A stretch of DNA of 61,257 nt, taken from positions 1-61,257 of the IMG/VR virus record IMGVR_UViG_3300016476_000533, one strand, 5' to 3'. Below, piece after piece: positions 42,301 through 51,747 of the stretch; positions within the stretch are counted from its first letter, which is position 1; every line of letters starts with the position of its first letter. The notes under the pieces were generated by a model. That model saw nothing but the letters and a program-made list of their open reading frames with translations. It did not search any database and was not told the origin of the DNA. The translations under genes and the position numbers were made by a program. This DNA comes from a virus.

Positions 42301-42676
42301 AGGCTCCTCCGGCAGTCGGTCGCTCGCTCACGCCGTAAGGCTTGAACGTCCGGTAGATACTGGACGACAGGTCCTCAACGCTCTGCGGCCCAGCGTAGCG
42401 GTTCGTCTCCTCCTCGGTCAGGCCGAGTTGCGTCAGGCCGGGGAGCGGCTGGCGCGGCTTCTCGGAGTATCGGGCGCCTTGCTCGCCGACAAACTCGCCT
42501 TCACCGGCGGGTTGCAGGGCCTCGGGCGGCTTGTCCGCATCAAGGCGACGGGGCTCGGCGGCAGCGCGCTGGATGTAGAGTTCCATCGCCTCACGCCGCT
42601 CCTCCTCCGACATGCTGGCGGGGAGTTCGACCGTTGAGCCGTCGGGTGCGAGGACGACAACGTATTGTTCAGCCAT
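39323..42676 (-). CDS. Large virion/ejection-type protein (1117 aa) with Gly-rich membrane-like segments and a C-terminal SleB-type cell-wall hydrolase domain
   Basis: C-terminus IVAEASPDPQEMLAVGHVLLNRLKRPDRYGQSLYEVLLGGEFDAFRN (Hydrolase_2/SleB pattern). N-terminal GGIAGAGAGAALGLMGGPLAPI. Confidence 0.7.
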   Translation of the reverse strand: MAEQYVVVLAPDGSTVELPASMSEEERREAMELYIQRAAAEPRRLDADKPPEALQPAGEGEFVGEQGARYSEKPRQPLPGLTQLGLTEEETNRYAGPQSVEDLSSSIYRTFKPYGVSERPTAGGAFVRGAGRATGPTAGGIAGAGAGAALGLMGGPLAPITVPAGAIIGGIGGSILGAFGQEKVLEQFPEFKARIEQQRLADVAAQPYAAFAGEMAPSLATGRPNLRSLRQLVGSAALGGGLEAATQAYEGKPLDLGRVGIAAGGGALTSKQNRLGDALFGKESDALTRTLSEFSQPRAASDELTQGALRIGEKPTPAMVMPEGALARIVGDVARINPDAAARLEAEGQRVVDRAPAVGERLAYDVMPGDTDLTPAFVKDEADRIKRELAERYGVTQAEREAAEAQRTAAVETAPKGVVPEVTRGEAGQRASTSLEAKRAADEATYRAAYDELDALGDEPLSPEQAQDYAMRLNDAAKALRRKTERTNIPGAESALAQLNVEEPSLLNLLGVRQLIAENQSGATGADAKALADMKHEIDTILGEMRDSPISDAARKAIDARRAYGAKWEGVFEDGKFRPSFLGGLLEKSDEEGFGGLLLGRNANLPAQTGKAVSNFRALRDELGADSPEWTSIRTEVFERALSKDVGKPTFGNAFDTWVRNNPELANILVPPGAEEVVKAARGDIRKAETMLQEAARREAEAKSDLTTGMERFTRRVASTELGQSFLSSTPEDFSRRLTGATPEDKNMARVGVRGAVRDMLKDVAGSIGAINSLATNRYAQSNLRALLGDAEADEVIVTAKAASAVMARGLDLGGTAKAAARSGSIAGQEGMDIAPQGVAVESSPTGQKMRFFSTALNSISRALTAQGLSRDEALEVADALLDPSRSQAVAAQLEKQVGKKTAELAMNRARAFYANVGRQLGVQATVQTVQAVQPEAVSMEPAAEPTTKEQLVAQETPASFNAPPPEDFTPSPKVPPATAQFATSLSPDQIAALGIVAEASPDPQEMLAVGHVLLNRLKRPDRYGQSLYEVLLGGEFDAFRNSPEKLMALMDSDRFRQAEQLVQAIKSGDAPDPTNGATHFLAPALMESEGYTTPSWASDPSKGIRLGQTVFFPDPG

Positions 42677-42685
42677 AGGTGCGCC

Positions 42686-43981
42686 TCACTTGATCGGCTG
42701 GAACGTCTTGGTCTTCGGGTCGTAGCGCATGGTGGGGGTGGCGGCGGGCGCTGGAGCAGCCGAAGCACCGCCTTGCCCGCCGCCACCATACAGGCCCCGC
42801 ATCCGAGCGCGCTTGTCGGCGAGCATACGGTCGTAGGCGTTAATGGCACGCTCGTAGTGGTAGACGACCTTCTGGAGGTTAGCCTTCAACTGTTCGGGGC
42901 CGTTGGACTGCTTGAGGCTGGCGATGGAGCCCTTCAGCGCGTCCAGTTCGGCCACGGCCACCTGACCGAGAGCGCCGCCGGTCTTGGACTCGTCGCGCAT
43001 CTGCTGGAGTCGGTCGAAGGCGATGTTGCCGCCGAGCGTGTCGTTCACCGTGTTGTACAGGTTGGCCGCTGCCGATCCGGGGATGAACCTGGCGGCAGAA
43101 CCTATGAGCCCTGCGGTCATCTCATTGACTTGCGGGATCAGGTCCCGAGCCGTTTGAAGCGTTTGGGCGATTTGCTCGCGGCGGTTCTCATCGCGGATGA
43201 TCTCAGCGTTGAGCGCCTCCGCGCTCGGCAGTTTGTCAGCCTCATCGCCCTTGAACGAGCCGGCCTCAAAGCGGCCGCGAGAATAGCCATAGGAACGGGC
43301 CTCCTCAGCGGTAGCTGGGCGGTTTTCGCCGCCCATCACTTCGACAGGCTTGCCGAAAGCGTTGAGCATGTAGGTCTTGCCGTCCGGTCCTCGGAAAGTC
43401 TCCGCGCCACCGGGGGCCGCGCTGGCGGGTGTGGGTTTGCTCGGGGCCGCACCCTGAGGCGCGGGGCCGCCGAACTCCTGTACGCCAGCGGCGGTCTCTA
43501 CGCGAACTCGCCCATCCGGGTACTCAATCTTGCGGTATGCGTCTCCGTTAGCGGTGACACCCCCCGTGATCTTCGGCTCGCTCGCCTTCTGCTTCGTCCC
43601 GTACTTCGCCTCCAGTTCGGCGAGGCTCATGTTTCGCTCGGACTCAAGGCCCATGAGCCCGAGGCGTCGCTTCTCCTCGGCTTCGCGTGCGGCCTCGCCG
43701 CTCTCGGTCCACGAGGCGAGTCCTTGGCGCAGGGTGTCCCAGTTCGTCTTGTTGCGGGCGGGAGTGGCGGCGGCCAGCAGCGCGCTGGACAGCCGCCCCC
43801 AGCCCGACGGCCCGGTGCGGGCCTCGCGGAGCATCTGCGCCTTGGCGTCGTACGCCTTGTTGGTCAGGGCCTTGGCCTGAGCCAGCGCGGTGCGGGGATC
43901 CGTCAGTTCGACGCCGAAGCCGTCCTGCTCCTCATCCTCCGGCGCCGCGTTGCCGGGAAGCCCACCGATCATGCCCACCAT
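42686..43981 (-). CDS. Hypothetical virion-module protein (431 aa)
   Basis: ORF track. Confidence 0.65.
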   Translation of the reverse strand: MVGMIGGLPGNAAPEDEEQDGFGVELTDPRTALAQAKALTNKAYDAKAQMLREARTGPSGWGRLSSALLAAATPARNKTNWDTLRQGLASWTESGEAAREAEEKRRLGLMGLESERNMSLAELEAKYGTKQKASEPKITGGVTANGDAYRKIEYPDGRVRVETAAGVQEFGGPAPQGAAPSKPTPASAAPGGAETFRGPDGKTYMLNAFGKPVEVMGGENRPATAEEARSYGYSRGRFEAGSFKGDEADKLPSAEALNAEIIRDENRREQIAQTLQTARDLIPQVNEMTAGLIGSAARFIPGSAAANLYNTVNDTLGGNIAFDRLQQMRDESKTGGALGQVAVAELDALKGSIASLKQSNGPEQLKANLQKVVYHYERAINAYDRMLADKRARMRGLYGGGGQGGASAAPAPAATPTMRYDPKTKTFQPIK

Positions 43982-43982
43982 G

Positions 43983-45017
43983 TTACGGACCCTTGAACAC
44001 TTTGATGAGGTCGGGAATAGCCGTGACGCCCGCGGCGATCAGCGCCGCCTTGTCCGCCTCGGACATGCTGGTTGCCGGCGTCGCGCCGCTCTCCCGGTAG
44101 CCGTAGGTCGTCTTGCCCGTCGGCACGCCGGGCGCAACACCCTTGTAGGTGGACAGCGCCGCGTCAATCCGAGCCTGCGGATCAGCCTGTTGCCGCAGGA
44201 AGTCCTCGTAGGCCACGTCGAGGTTCTTCTGGTCCTGGCCCTGTTGCAGCGCGCCGTACTGCTGCATGGCGTTGGCCCCGGTGAGGCCAAGGGCCTGCTG
44301 CTGGGCGGCCATGTCGGCCAGTTGCCCAGCGGTGGCGCGACGGGACGAGATATCGCCCTGCTGAAGGGCGCCAGCCGTCTGGCCGAGGGTGCTGTAGCGC
44401 GCGAGGTCGGTGCCAGCGGCTTCCAGCGCACCCGCATAGCCTTGGCTCAGGGCGGCGGCCTGTTGGGCCGAGATGCCCTCCATGGTGTCGCGGATGCCGC
44501 GCCCGATCATCTCGGCCTGACGCGACCCGCCGAACTGCCCCGACTTGATGAAGCGGTCGCTGATCTCGGGCAGGATTTGCTCGCGCAGGGTGCGCGCGCC
44601 GAGTTCCCCGATGCGGTTGACCACGGCATCCTGATAGGGGTTCATGTACTGGCCGACCTGCGAGGCGCTGGTCATCGCCGAGCGTTGCAGGTAGGGGTTC
44701 GCCGCCTCCATGCCGCCGGGCGCGGTCATCAGGTTCTGCGTCGCCTGCTGCGCGGCGTTCAGGCCGGGCTGATAGGCGCCCGCCGCCTGCTCGGCCATGC
44801 CGAACGACTTTTGCTGCTGCGGCGTGAAGCTGGCGACGCGAGGGCCTTGGAACGTCTGGTAGGGGGCGTTCATCACAGCGTTCTGGTTCGACAGAAGCTG
44901 CATCCCGTAGTTGGTGTACCAGTCGGGCAGGGCGGTCTCGCTCGTCTCCGCGTAGGGCGTGACGTTGGCGTTTCCGCTATTCAGGAAGTCGGTCATTCCG
45001 GTGTCGGAAGCGGGCAT
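43983..45017 (-). CDS. Hypothetical virion-module protein (344 aa; start MPASDTG)
   Basis: ATG 45015-45017 lies 1 nt after the upstream stop, with an AAGGGGGA RBS. The ORF-track start at 45164 would overlap the upstream gene. Confidence 0.65.
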   Translation of the reverse strand: MPASDTGMTDFLNSGNANVTPYAETSETALPDWYTNYGMQLLSNQNAVMNAPYQTFQGPRVASFTPQQQKSFGMAEQAAGAYQPGLNAAQQATQNLMTAPGGMEAANPYLQRSAMTSASQVGQYMNPYQDAVVNRIGELGARTLREQILPEISDRFIKSGQFGGSRQAEMIGRGIRDTMEGISAQQAAALSQGYAGALEAAGTDLARYSTLGQTAGALQQGDISSRRATAGQLADMAAQQQALGLTGANAMQQYGALQQGQDQKNLDVAYEDFLRQQADPQARIDAALSTYKGVAPGVPTGKTTYGYRESGATPATSMSEADKAALIAAGVTAIPDLIKVFKGP

Positions 45018-45018
45018 G

Positions 45019-47124
45019 TCAGACTTGTCCCCCTTGGAGGTAGGCTTCGGGCTTGCGGGCGTCGTGGCTGAACTTGCCCTTGGCGAGTTGCCTGCCCTTG
45101 TGCTTGCGGATGTTGGCGCGGAACTCGTCCAGCCGCTTCGAGCCGGCCTGTGACGAGCCATCACCGAGGAGGGCGACGGTCTCCGCGTCGATGACGTACT
45201 CCCCGTCGCTCAGGCGTGCTGGGATGTCATCGCTGCGCCCGGTGCCGGGGCCGCTCACGGCGAAGCCGCCGACCTTGAAGCCCTTGGACGGGGCGGGCAT
45301 GGGCTGGGCTTGGCGGGCGTCTTCCATGCGCTTCATGGCGACGGCGAACTGCTCGGCGGTCATGGAGCCGCGGTTCATGTCACTGCCCGACGTGCTGTTG
45401 ACGGACGAGGGGGCGGTCGGGTTGAAGCCGGGCGAATTGGGCTCAGGCCAGTAGCCGGGGGCGACCCGCACGTCGGGGTTGACTTTGGCCTTGAAGCCCG
45501 GCTCCGCTTCGGCAGGGTTCAGGCCCGGATTGACCGGAGCGCGCTTGCTCGTGTCGATGATGCCCGACGGGCGGATCGGCACGTTGGCGAAGAACGACTG
45601 CTCGGGGCGAGCGCCGTAGGTCTTCCACTCCTCGGGGGTCATGGACACGTCGCGGCTCGCCAGGTTGGTGAACGGGCCGGACGGCGCCGGCAGTTGGGCG
45701 CGGAACTTGTCCGACAGGCTTCCCGGCGTTCCAGCCGTAGCGAAGCCGGGCGGGATGCCGCCACCCTTGGTTGATCCGCCCGAGCCTCCTGTGGCGCCCG
45801 TCAGCCCCGCGAGCGTCAGGCCCATGCGAGCCGCGAGGCCCGGGTTGGCTTTCACCCATTCAATCAGTCGGGTGCTTAGGCCCGGCTTGCTGTCGAGCAG
45901 TTCCTCGGCGGTGGGGGTATCCGAGCCGATGGCCTTCTCGACCCCCTGCATGACTTGGCTGGAGTCGAGATCGCTTACGGGCGTGGCGAGGCCGGGCTTT
46001 TGGCCCTCGACCACAACCTCGCCCACGACAGGCTCCTCGCCGCCGACCGGCTTGTACTCGCCGCCGACTTGGGTGTAGTCGCCGATGGTTCCAGCCACGG
46101 AGCCGAGAGCGCCGCCCGTGGCGGCGTCTGCGTTGGACCCGATGACGTCGACGCCTTCAACCGTGTTGCCTTGGTTCAGGGTGTCGCCGCCAGCATCCCC
46201 GCGCATGGCGGGTTGGCCGGACGAGCCAGTCAGCGCAGCACCCGCCGTGCTGCCCGTCACCGAGCCAAGGGCGCCGCCGGTCAGCGCGCTGGTCACGGAC
46301 GGAGTGACAATGACTTCTCCTGCTGCGTTCAGACCCCCTTTGATGATGTTCCCCGCAGTCCCAGCAGCGCCCCGAACAGCGTTGACGCCTGCGTTGAGCG
46401 GGTTCATCACCGCCGAGTAGCCGGTGTTCAGCGCGTTGGTCACGGCGTTTTCAGGCGCCTTTGCGAGCGCGCTGCCGATCATCGGAGCGACCTTCGCCCC
46501 GATGCCGCCTGTCACCCCGGCGATGGCCGCGCGCTTGACCGTCTCGTCAAGCGGGCGTCCCTGCGCCACGGACGAGAGCGTGGAGCCCGCCGCCGCCCCG
46601 AGGCCCGCAGAGATGATCGGCCCGAGCGGACCCAGCACCGGCATGAGGAGGGTGCCGAGGATCGGCAGGGCGATGTCCGCCAGTTTGCCGAGGAACCCCT
46701 GCTTCTCCGGGTCCCACCGCTCCTCGGCCATGGACACCCAGCCGCCTTCGTCGGTGGGCTTCTGGATGGCCCACGCCGCCGTGCGCCCGAGGTCCTGCGA
46801 GATGGCGTTGGCGGCCGACGTGGCCAGCCGCGCGCCTTCGGGGCCGATGCCCTCGAAGACCACTTCGCCGGTCATCTTGTCAACGAGGCGGACCTTCTGG
46901 CCCTCGGCGACCATAACGGCGCCGGCGATGTCGCCATCGTTGGTGTAGGCCGCGTAGTAGGGCGTCGCGTAGCCCTTCTTCGGGTCGGCCGGCATCAGTT
47001 GCGCGGTCGGCCCCTTGGAGTATTTCTCGAACAGGCTGGGGGGCAGGCCCGTGAGGTTCACCGCCATGCTCGCGTCTTCGGATTGGCCGGAAGCGTTGTC
47101 CTTCAGGTCGTAGGGGCTCGGCAT
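45019..47124 (-). CDS. Large virion/ejection-type protein (701 aa) with Gly-rich hydrophobic segments
   Basis: ORF track; ILGTLLMPVLGPLGPIISAGLGAAAG. Confidence 0.65.
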   Translation of the reverse strand: MPSPYDLKDNASGQSEDASMAVNLTGLPPSLFEKYSKGPTAQLMPADPKKGYATPYYAAYTNDGDIAGAVMVAEGQKVRLVDKMTGEVVFEGIGPEGARLATSAANAISQDLGRTAAWAIQKPTDEGGWVSMAEERWDPEKQGFLGKLADIALPILGTLLMPVLGPLGPIISAGLGAAAGSTLSSVAQGRPLDETVKRAAIAGVTGGIGAKVAPMIGSALAKAPENAVTNALNTGYSAVMNPLNAGVNAVRGAAGTAGNIIKGGLNAAGEVIVTPSVTSALTGGALGSVTGSTAGAALTGSSGQPAMRGDAGGDTLNQGNTVEGVDVIGSNADAATGGALGSVAGTIGDYTQVGGEYKPVGGEEPVVGEVVVEGQKPGLATPVSDLDSSQVMQGVEKAIGSDTPTAEELLDSKPGLSTRLIEWVKANPGLAARMGLTLAGLTGATGGSGGSTKGGGIPPGFATAGTPGSLSDKFRAQLPAPSGPFTNLASRDVSMTPEEWKTYGARPEQSFFANVPIRPSGIIDTSKRAPVNPGLNPAEAEPGFKAKVNPDVRVAPGYWPEPNSPGFNPTAPSSVNSTSGSDMNRGSMTAEQFAVAMKRMEDARQAQPMPAPSKGFKVGGFAVSGPGTGRSDDIPARLSDGEYVIDAETVALLGDGSSQAGSKRLDEFRANIRKHKGRQLAKGKFSHDARKPEAYLQGGQV

Positions 47125-47128
47125 GATG

Positions 47129-47359
47129 CTAGTTCACCTCAAGCATGGGATAGACGCGCTCGGCCCAGTCGCGCCAGTCCGCAAACTGATAGGGGTCTGG
47201 AACAACCTGCTGCGTGAACTGTGATGCTCGCACAAAGCCGATGGCCCAGTCTTGCCAACGCGCTTCGTCCTCCAGCTTGCCGAAGGACCACGCATCACTG
47301 GTGGCCAGAATAACACTGTCCGCCCAGTCTGTCAGCGACATGTTTCTCGGGTTTATCAT
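47129..47359 (-). CDS. Hypothetical protein (76 aa)
   Basis: ORF track. Confidence 0.6.
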   Translation of the reverse strand: MINPRNMSLTDWADSVILATSDAWSFGKLEDEARWQDWAIGFVRASQFTQQVVPDPYQFADWRDWAERVYPMLEVN

Positions 47360-48885
47360 CCGAGCATGGTCCCGTCGCCCGGTTGGAAATGCGCCAGGAT
47401 CAGGCCCATCTGGTAATCGCCCCCGACCACGTTGGATGTGAAGCGGAAGCGCAACTCGCGCCGCTGCTCCTTGAGCCGGACGACGGTCTGCTGGTAGTTG
47501 GACGCGGCGGCGGGGAACGTGACCGGCGTGCCGTCGATCTCCGGCGAGCGGGCGTTGAACCGGCCATGCACCGCCACGGTCATGTCGCCGCTCTGCACGA
47601 AGTCAGGCTCGACGGCGAGGACCTGGATTTGCTTGTTGGTCTGCGACAGGACGGGCAGGGAGATGTCCGCCGTCTCGAAGAACGACAGGATAGGTTGCGT
47701 GTTGATCCCGTCCACCTCGTCCACGCCGGTCTCGTGGACCCACAGTTTGTACTGGCTGCTGTCCGTGGGGTTCACGCCGGTGAGCAGCGGCTTGCGGAAC
47801 ACCGAGGGCGAGAAGCCCGCCGACCTGCCACCGTTCGGCAGTTCGCAGTCGTACCACGTGTTCTCGCGCACGTTGTAGATGACGGCGTGGCTGCACTCGG
47901 TCGCCTCGCCACGAGGGTAGCACCACCAGATTTCGCCGTAGCGCGGCACCTTGAAGGCGAAGACCTTCTGCGAGGCGTTGACGTTCAGGCCGTCAAAGAA
48001 CCAGTTGATGTTCAACTCGTTCGGCACTTCGCGCACCACGCCGTTGAACATCAGGAAGCGGTCGGCGCCCGCCCAGTAGAACACCCCGTCGTACTCAATG
48101 ACGCTGTTGGGCGCCAGGATCGAGGACTCGGTGCTGATGGTGTCGAATTGGAATACTTCGGCGCCACCCACGAAGGTGGCGCGCACCACGGCGTCGGCGG
48201 ACCAGAACAGGCCGGACGGCGAGTTGCCGGGGCCGCCTCGCAGGGGCATGGCCTTGACCAGCTTCTGTGAGGCGACGTTGGCGCTGCCCGAGCCTGTGCC
48301 GGCGAAGTCCGTCGGGTCGCCCGCCACCGACCAGGCGACGTAGCCGTTCGACCCGTAGATGAAGGTGTAGGGGTGCAGGGCCACGACGCCGCCGGTGCAG
48401 TTGCCGCCGACCGGCAGGGTGATCTGCGTGAGCAGGCCCGTGCCGAGGACCGGGCCGGAGAACAGTGCGCCGCCGCTGCTGTTGGCGATGTTCTGTCCGT
48501 TCGGCGCCACTTGGGCCAGCAACAGGTTCTGGCTGGAGTCGCTGTCCACGTCGAATTGCCAGACGTTGTCGGCGTGGGACGTGAAGCCCGTCGTCGGGGT
48601 GCGGTCGGTGATGACCGACGTGTTGTTGGTGGAGTCGATGGTGAACCGCTCAACCTTGTTGTACGAGCCCGAGTGGACGTAGGTCAGGGCGTCCTGCGTG
48701 TAGGCGTGCAGCCCCCGGCTGATGCCGGACAGGAACTTGTTGATCGAGCGGTAGCCGCCGATCTTCCGCGGCAGGCCGCGCTGGAAGCGGACCCACTGCC
48801 CGTCCACGTAGGCGTCGCCCTCGAACATCGTGCCGTCGCGCTTGATGCCCGGCTTCGACTGGATCCGCATGATCTCGGTGGGCAT
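47356..48885 (-). CDS. Tail/particle structural protein, function unassigned (509 aa)
   Basis: ORF track; late-strand position next to the fibre genes. Confidence 0.65.
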   Translation of the reverse strand: MPTEIMRIQSKPGIKRDGTMFEGDAYVDGQWVRFQRGLPRKIGGYRSINKFLSGISRGLHAYTQDALTYVHSGSYNKVERFTIDSTNNTSVITDRTPTTGFTSHADNVWQFDVDSDSSQNLLLAQVAPNGQNIANSSGGALFSGPVLGTGLLTQITLPVGGNCTGGVVALHPYTFIYGSNGYVAWSVAGDPTDFAGTGSGSANVASQKLVKAMPLRGGPGNSPSGLFWSADAVVRATFVGGAEVFQFDTISTESSILAPNSVIEYDGVFYWAGADRFLMFNGVVREVPNELNINWFFDGLNVNASQKVFAFKVPRYGEIWWCYPRGEATECSHAVIYNVRENTWYDCELPNGGRSAGFSPSVFRKPLLTGVNPTDSSQYKLWVHETGVDEVDGINTQPILSFFETADISLPVLSQTNKQIQVLAVEPDFVQSGDMTVAVHGRFNARSPEIDGTPVTFPAAASNYQQTVVRLKEQRRELRFRFTSNVVGGDYQMGLILAHFQPGDGTMLG

Positions 48886-49460
48886 TAGATCGTGGACTCG
48901 GCTTCAATGGTGATGGTGGCGCTGTCGAGGACAGTCGTCGTGCCGATCTTGCGGATTTCCACGGTGAACGTGCAGGTCTTGATGAACACCGCGCTTCCGG
49001 TGTTCGTGGACACGGTCCAGTCGCGGGTGGTGCCGAGCGAGAGCCACGAGCCGCTCGTGCCGGTGGACAGGGAGCCCGACGTCACGGTGACATAGCACTC
49101 GTAGCCGGACGCCGCGCCGTTGGGCGTGATCCAATCCTCGATGTAGGTGGCCGAGCCGACCGTGTTCGTGCTGTAGACCTTGCCGTTGGAGTTCAGGCGA
49201 TAGCCGCACGTCGCGTTGGTCGGTTGGACCTGTGGCTCGTAAAGGTTCTGGTCCGTGATGCTGATGGTCGGCACGCTGGTGCCATAGAAGTTCTGGATGC
49301 TGATGGCCCCGCTGCTCGGCACCGAGCCATAGGTGCCGCTCGTTCCCGACGGCACGTAGGAGCCCCCGGCGTAATAGTCGCCGAGGGACGGGGAGGTAGG
49401 CCCCCCGAACTCTCCCTTGATGTCGTTCAGGCTCAGAGCCCCGCTGGTCGGCAGCACCAT
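48885..49460 (-). CDS. Hypothetical tail-associated protein (191 aa; start MVLPTSGALSLNDIKGEFGG)
   Basis: ATG 49458-49460 lies just after the stop of the fibre gene. Confidence 0.6.
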   Translation of the reverse strand: MVLPTSGALSLNDIKGEFGGPTSPSLGDYYAGGSYVPSGTSGTYGSVPSSGAISIQNFYGTSVPTISITDQNLYEPQVQPTNATCGYRLNSNGKVYSTNTVGSATYIEDWITPNGAASGYECYVTVTSGSLSTGTSGSWLSLGTTRDWTVSTNTGSAVFIKTCTFTVEIRKIGTTTVLDSATITIEAESTI

Positions 49461-49461
49461 G

Positions 49462-51747
49462 TCAACGCTCGCCCCGCAGCAGGGCGACGGCGTCCACCAG
49501 GTCGTCAATCTCGCGCTGCTGCTCCTTGATCGCCTCGATCAGCAGGGGCACGAGGCGGGCGTAGTCCACCGTCAGGTACTGCGGGTCGATGGGAGCGGGG
49601 CTGACGATCTCGGGCAGCACGGCGCGGACCTCTTGGGCCGACACGCCGACCTCGCGCTTGGCCTCGTAGCCGAGGGCCTGCGCTACCTCGTTGGCCTCGT
49701 AGTAGAAGCCGTTGAGGCTCTGGACCTTCCACACGGCGTCCTTGACGGGACCGAAGCGGGTCTTGAGCCGGTCGTCCGAGAAGTAGGCGGTGATGTTGCC
49801 CGTCGCCGTGATCGCGCCGTTCACCGTCAGGCCAGCCATCGTGTAGCTGTTGCTGGTGTTCAGGGCGTTGGCCGTGGTCGCAGTCGTCGCGCTGGTGGCG
49901 CTGGTTGCCGAGGTGGCGGTCGCCGCGTTGCCGCTGATGCTGATGCCCCACGTGCCCGAGGCCCCGGAGCCCGTGGTGGAGGGCACGTCGAGCGCGGTGC
50001 GGGCGCCGCTCGCCGTGGTCGCCCCGGTACCGCCGTTGGCCAGCGCAAGGGTCCCGCCGAGGGTCAGCGTGCCGCTCGTGGTGATGGGGCCGCCGGACAG
50101 GGTCAGGCCGGTCGAGCCGCCCGAGCCGCTGACGCTCGTCACCGTGCCGCCGCCACCCGCCGTTGCGTTGATGGTGATCGAGCCGCTCGCATTGCTGATC
50201 GTGATGCCCGACCCTGCGGTCAGGGTGGCGAGGGTGTAGCCGCTGCCGTTGCCGATGAGCAGTTGCCCGTTGGTCGGGGTCCCGGTCACGCCGGTGCCGC
50301 CGTTCGCCGTGGCGAGCGTCCCGGTCAGGGTCAGCGTGCCGCTCGTGGTGATCGGCGAGCCGGTGAACGACATGCCGGTCGTGCCGCCCGACGCCGCGAC
50401 GCTGGTCACGGTGCCGCCACCCCCGCCGCCACCGCCCGTGTTGGTGATGGTGATTGAGCCGGAGGCGTTGGTGATCGAGATGCCCGAGCCCGCCGTCAGG
50501 GTGGACAGCGTGTAGTTCGTGCCGTTGCCGATCAGCAGTTGCCCGTTGCTCGGGACGCTCGTCGCCCCGGTGCCGCCGTAGGCCGGGGCCAGGGCGGTCG
50601 TCAGGCCGGTGAGCGAGGTGATGTCGCTGTTGGCGCCCGACGCCGCCGTGCCGAGGTTGATGCGCGCGCCTGATGCCGTCGTGGAGCCCGTACCGCCGTC
50701 CGCGACGCCGATGGGCGTGGCGACGCCGCCGGTGTCCGCGTCGAGGAAGTTCGACCCGTCGCAGTAGTAGATGCCGCGGGTGTTGCGCACGACGGTGACG
50801 GCGGGCGTCTGAGACGAGGTGCGCAGGCCGACCGTGTAGGAGCCGCCCGTGGTGGAGTTGTCCACCCAGTACTGCTGCGTCGTGGCCGGGACCACGACCT
50901 CCATGTTGGCCGTCAGGGTGCCGGTGAACTTGTAGGCGACGCGGTTCAGTTCGCTGCCCGAGAGCGTGTAGGGCGAGGACGCGCCGGTCAGGTTGATGAC
51001 CGTGTAGTCGAACGCAAAGGTCGCGCTCTTTCCGAGGCCGAAGGTGTACCACGCCGACCCGTCCGTCACGACGCGGCAACTGTCGCCCGGCGACAGGACC
51101 AGCGTCGTGGCGCCGTTGATGAGTTCCGACGAGGCGGGGTCGATGGTCAGGTTGCCCGTGCCGCCGTTGCGGATGTCGGTGAACCAGTTGTTGCCGAGGG
51201 TGCTGGCGGCGATCAGGCTCACCGTGCCGAGGGCGCCGGTCCAGACGTAAGCCGCGCCACGAGCGCCCGCAGGAAGCGTGAAGCTGGAGTTGAACGAGGT
51301 GACGCTCTCAGCGACGGAGAGCGTCGAGCCTGTGGCGACGAGGCCAAATCCCGCAAGAGCCGATGCCTGTGCCTGTGCCGTCGATGCGCCGAGTTGAAAC
51401 GTGCGCCACGTGCCCGCGGCGCTGGTGTTGTCAACGAGGTAGACCTCCCACTGCGTGCCGGCGACGATAGACAGGAGGGTGCCGCCGCCCGCGTCCTTGA
51501 TCGTGATGGTCGAGGGGCCGAGGTTGTTGAACAGGATCGGCACGCCGACGCTGGACAGGGTGGCGTCGGGCAGCGTGACGGCGTAGGCGCCAGCCGGCGA
51601 GACGTCGATGACGCTGGCCGCCACGGGCGCGTTGGCGCTGGACTCCAGCGGCCACTCAAGCGTGACGTCGCCAGTGAGGTTGAGAGCCAGGTAGGAGACG
51701 TCCGACGGGTAGAGGGTCGTGCCTCCGAAGACTTGCGTGTAGGACAT
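49462..51747 (-). CDS. Tail fibre/spike protein with internal ~90-aa tandem repeats and a C-terminal S74 intramolecular-chaperone domain
   Basis: YFSDDRLKT cleavage-type motif and following chaperone-like sequence. ANGGTG...NGQLLIGNG..YTL.TLTAGSGI.I.NASGSITI repeated. Confidence 0.8.
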   Translation of the reverse strand: MSYTQVFGGTTLYPSDVSYLALNLTGDVTLEWPLESSANAPVAASVIDVSPAGAYAVTLPDATLSSVGVPILFNNLGPSTITIKDAGGGTLLSIVAGTQWEVYLVDNTSAAGTWRTFQLGASTAQAQASALAGFGLVATGSTLSVAESVTSFNSSFTLPAGARGAAYVWTGALGTVSLIAASTLGNNWFTDIRNGGTGNLTIDPASSELINGATTLVLSPGDSCRVVTDGSAWYTFGLGKSATFAFDYTVINLTGASSPYTLSGSELNRVAYKFTGTLTANMEVVVPATTQQYWVDNSTTGGSYTVGLRTSSQTPAVTVVRNTRGIYYCDGSNFLDADTGGVATPIGVADGGTGSTTASGARINLGTAASGANSDITSLTGLTTALAPAYGGTGATSVPSNGQLLIGNGTNYTLSTLTAGSGISITNASGSITITNTGGGGGGGGTVTSVAASGGTTGMSFTGSPITTSGTLTLTGTLATANGGTGVTGTPTNGQLLIGNGSGYTLATLTAGSGITISNASGSITINATAGGGGTVTSVSGSGGSTGLTLSGGPITTSGTLTLGGTLALANGGTGATTASGARTALDVPSTTGSGASGTWGISISGNAATATSATSATSATTATTANALNTSNSYTMAGLTVNGAITATGNITAYFSDDRLKTRFGPVKDAVWKVQSLNGFYYEANEVAQALGYEAKREVGVSAQEVRAVLPEIVSPAPIDPQYLTVDYARLVPLLIEAIKEQQREIDDLVDAVALLRGER

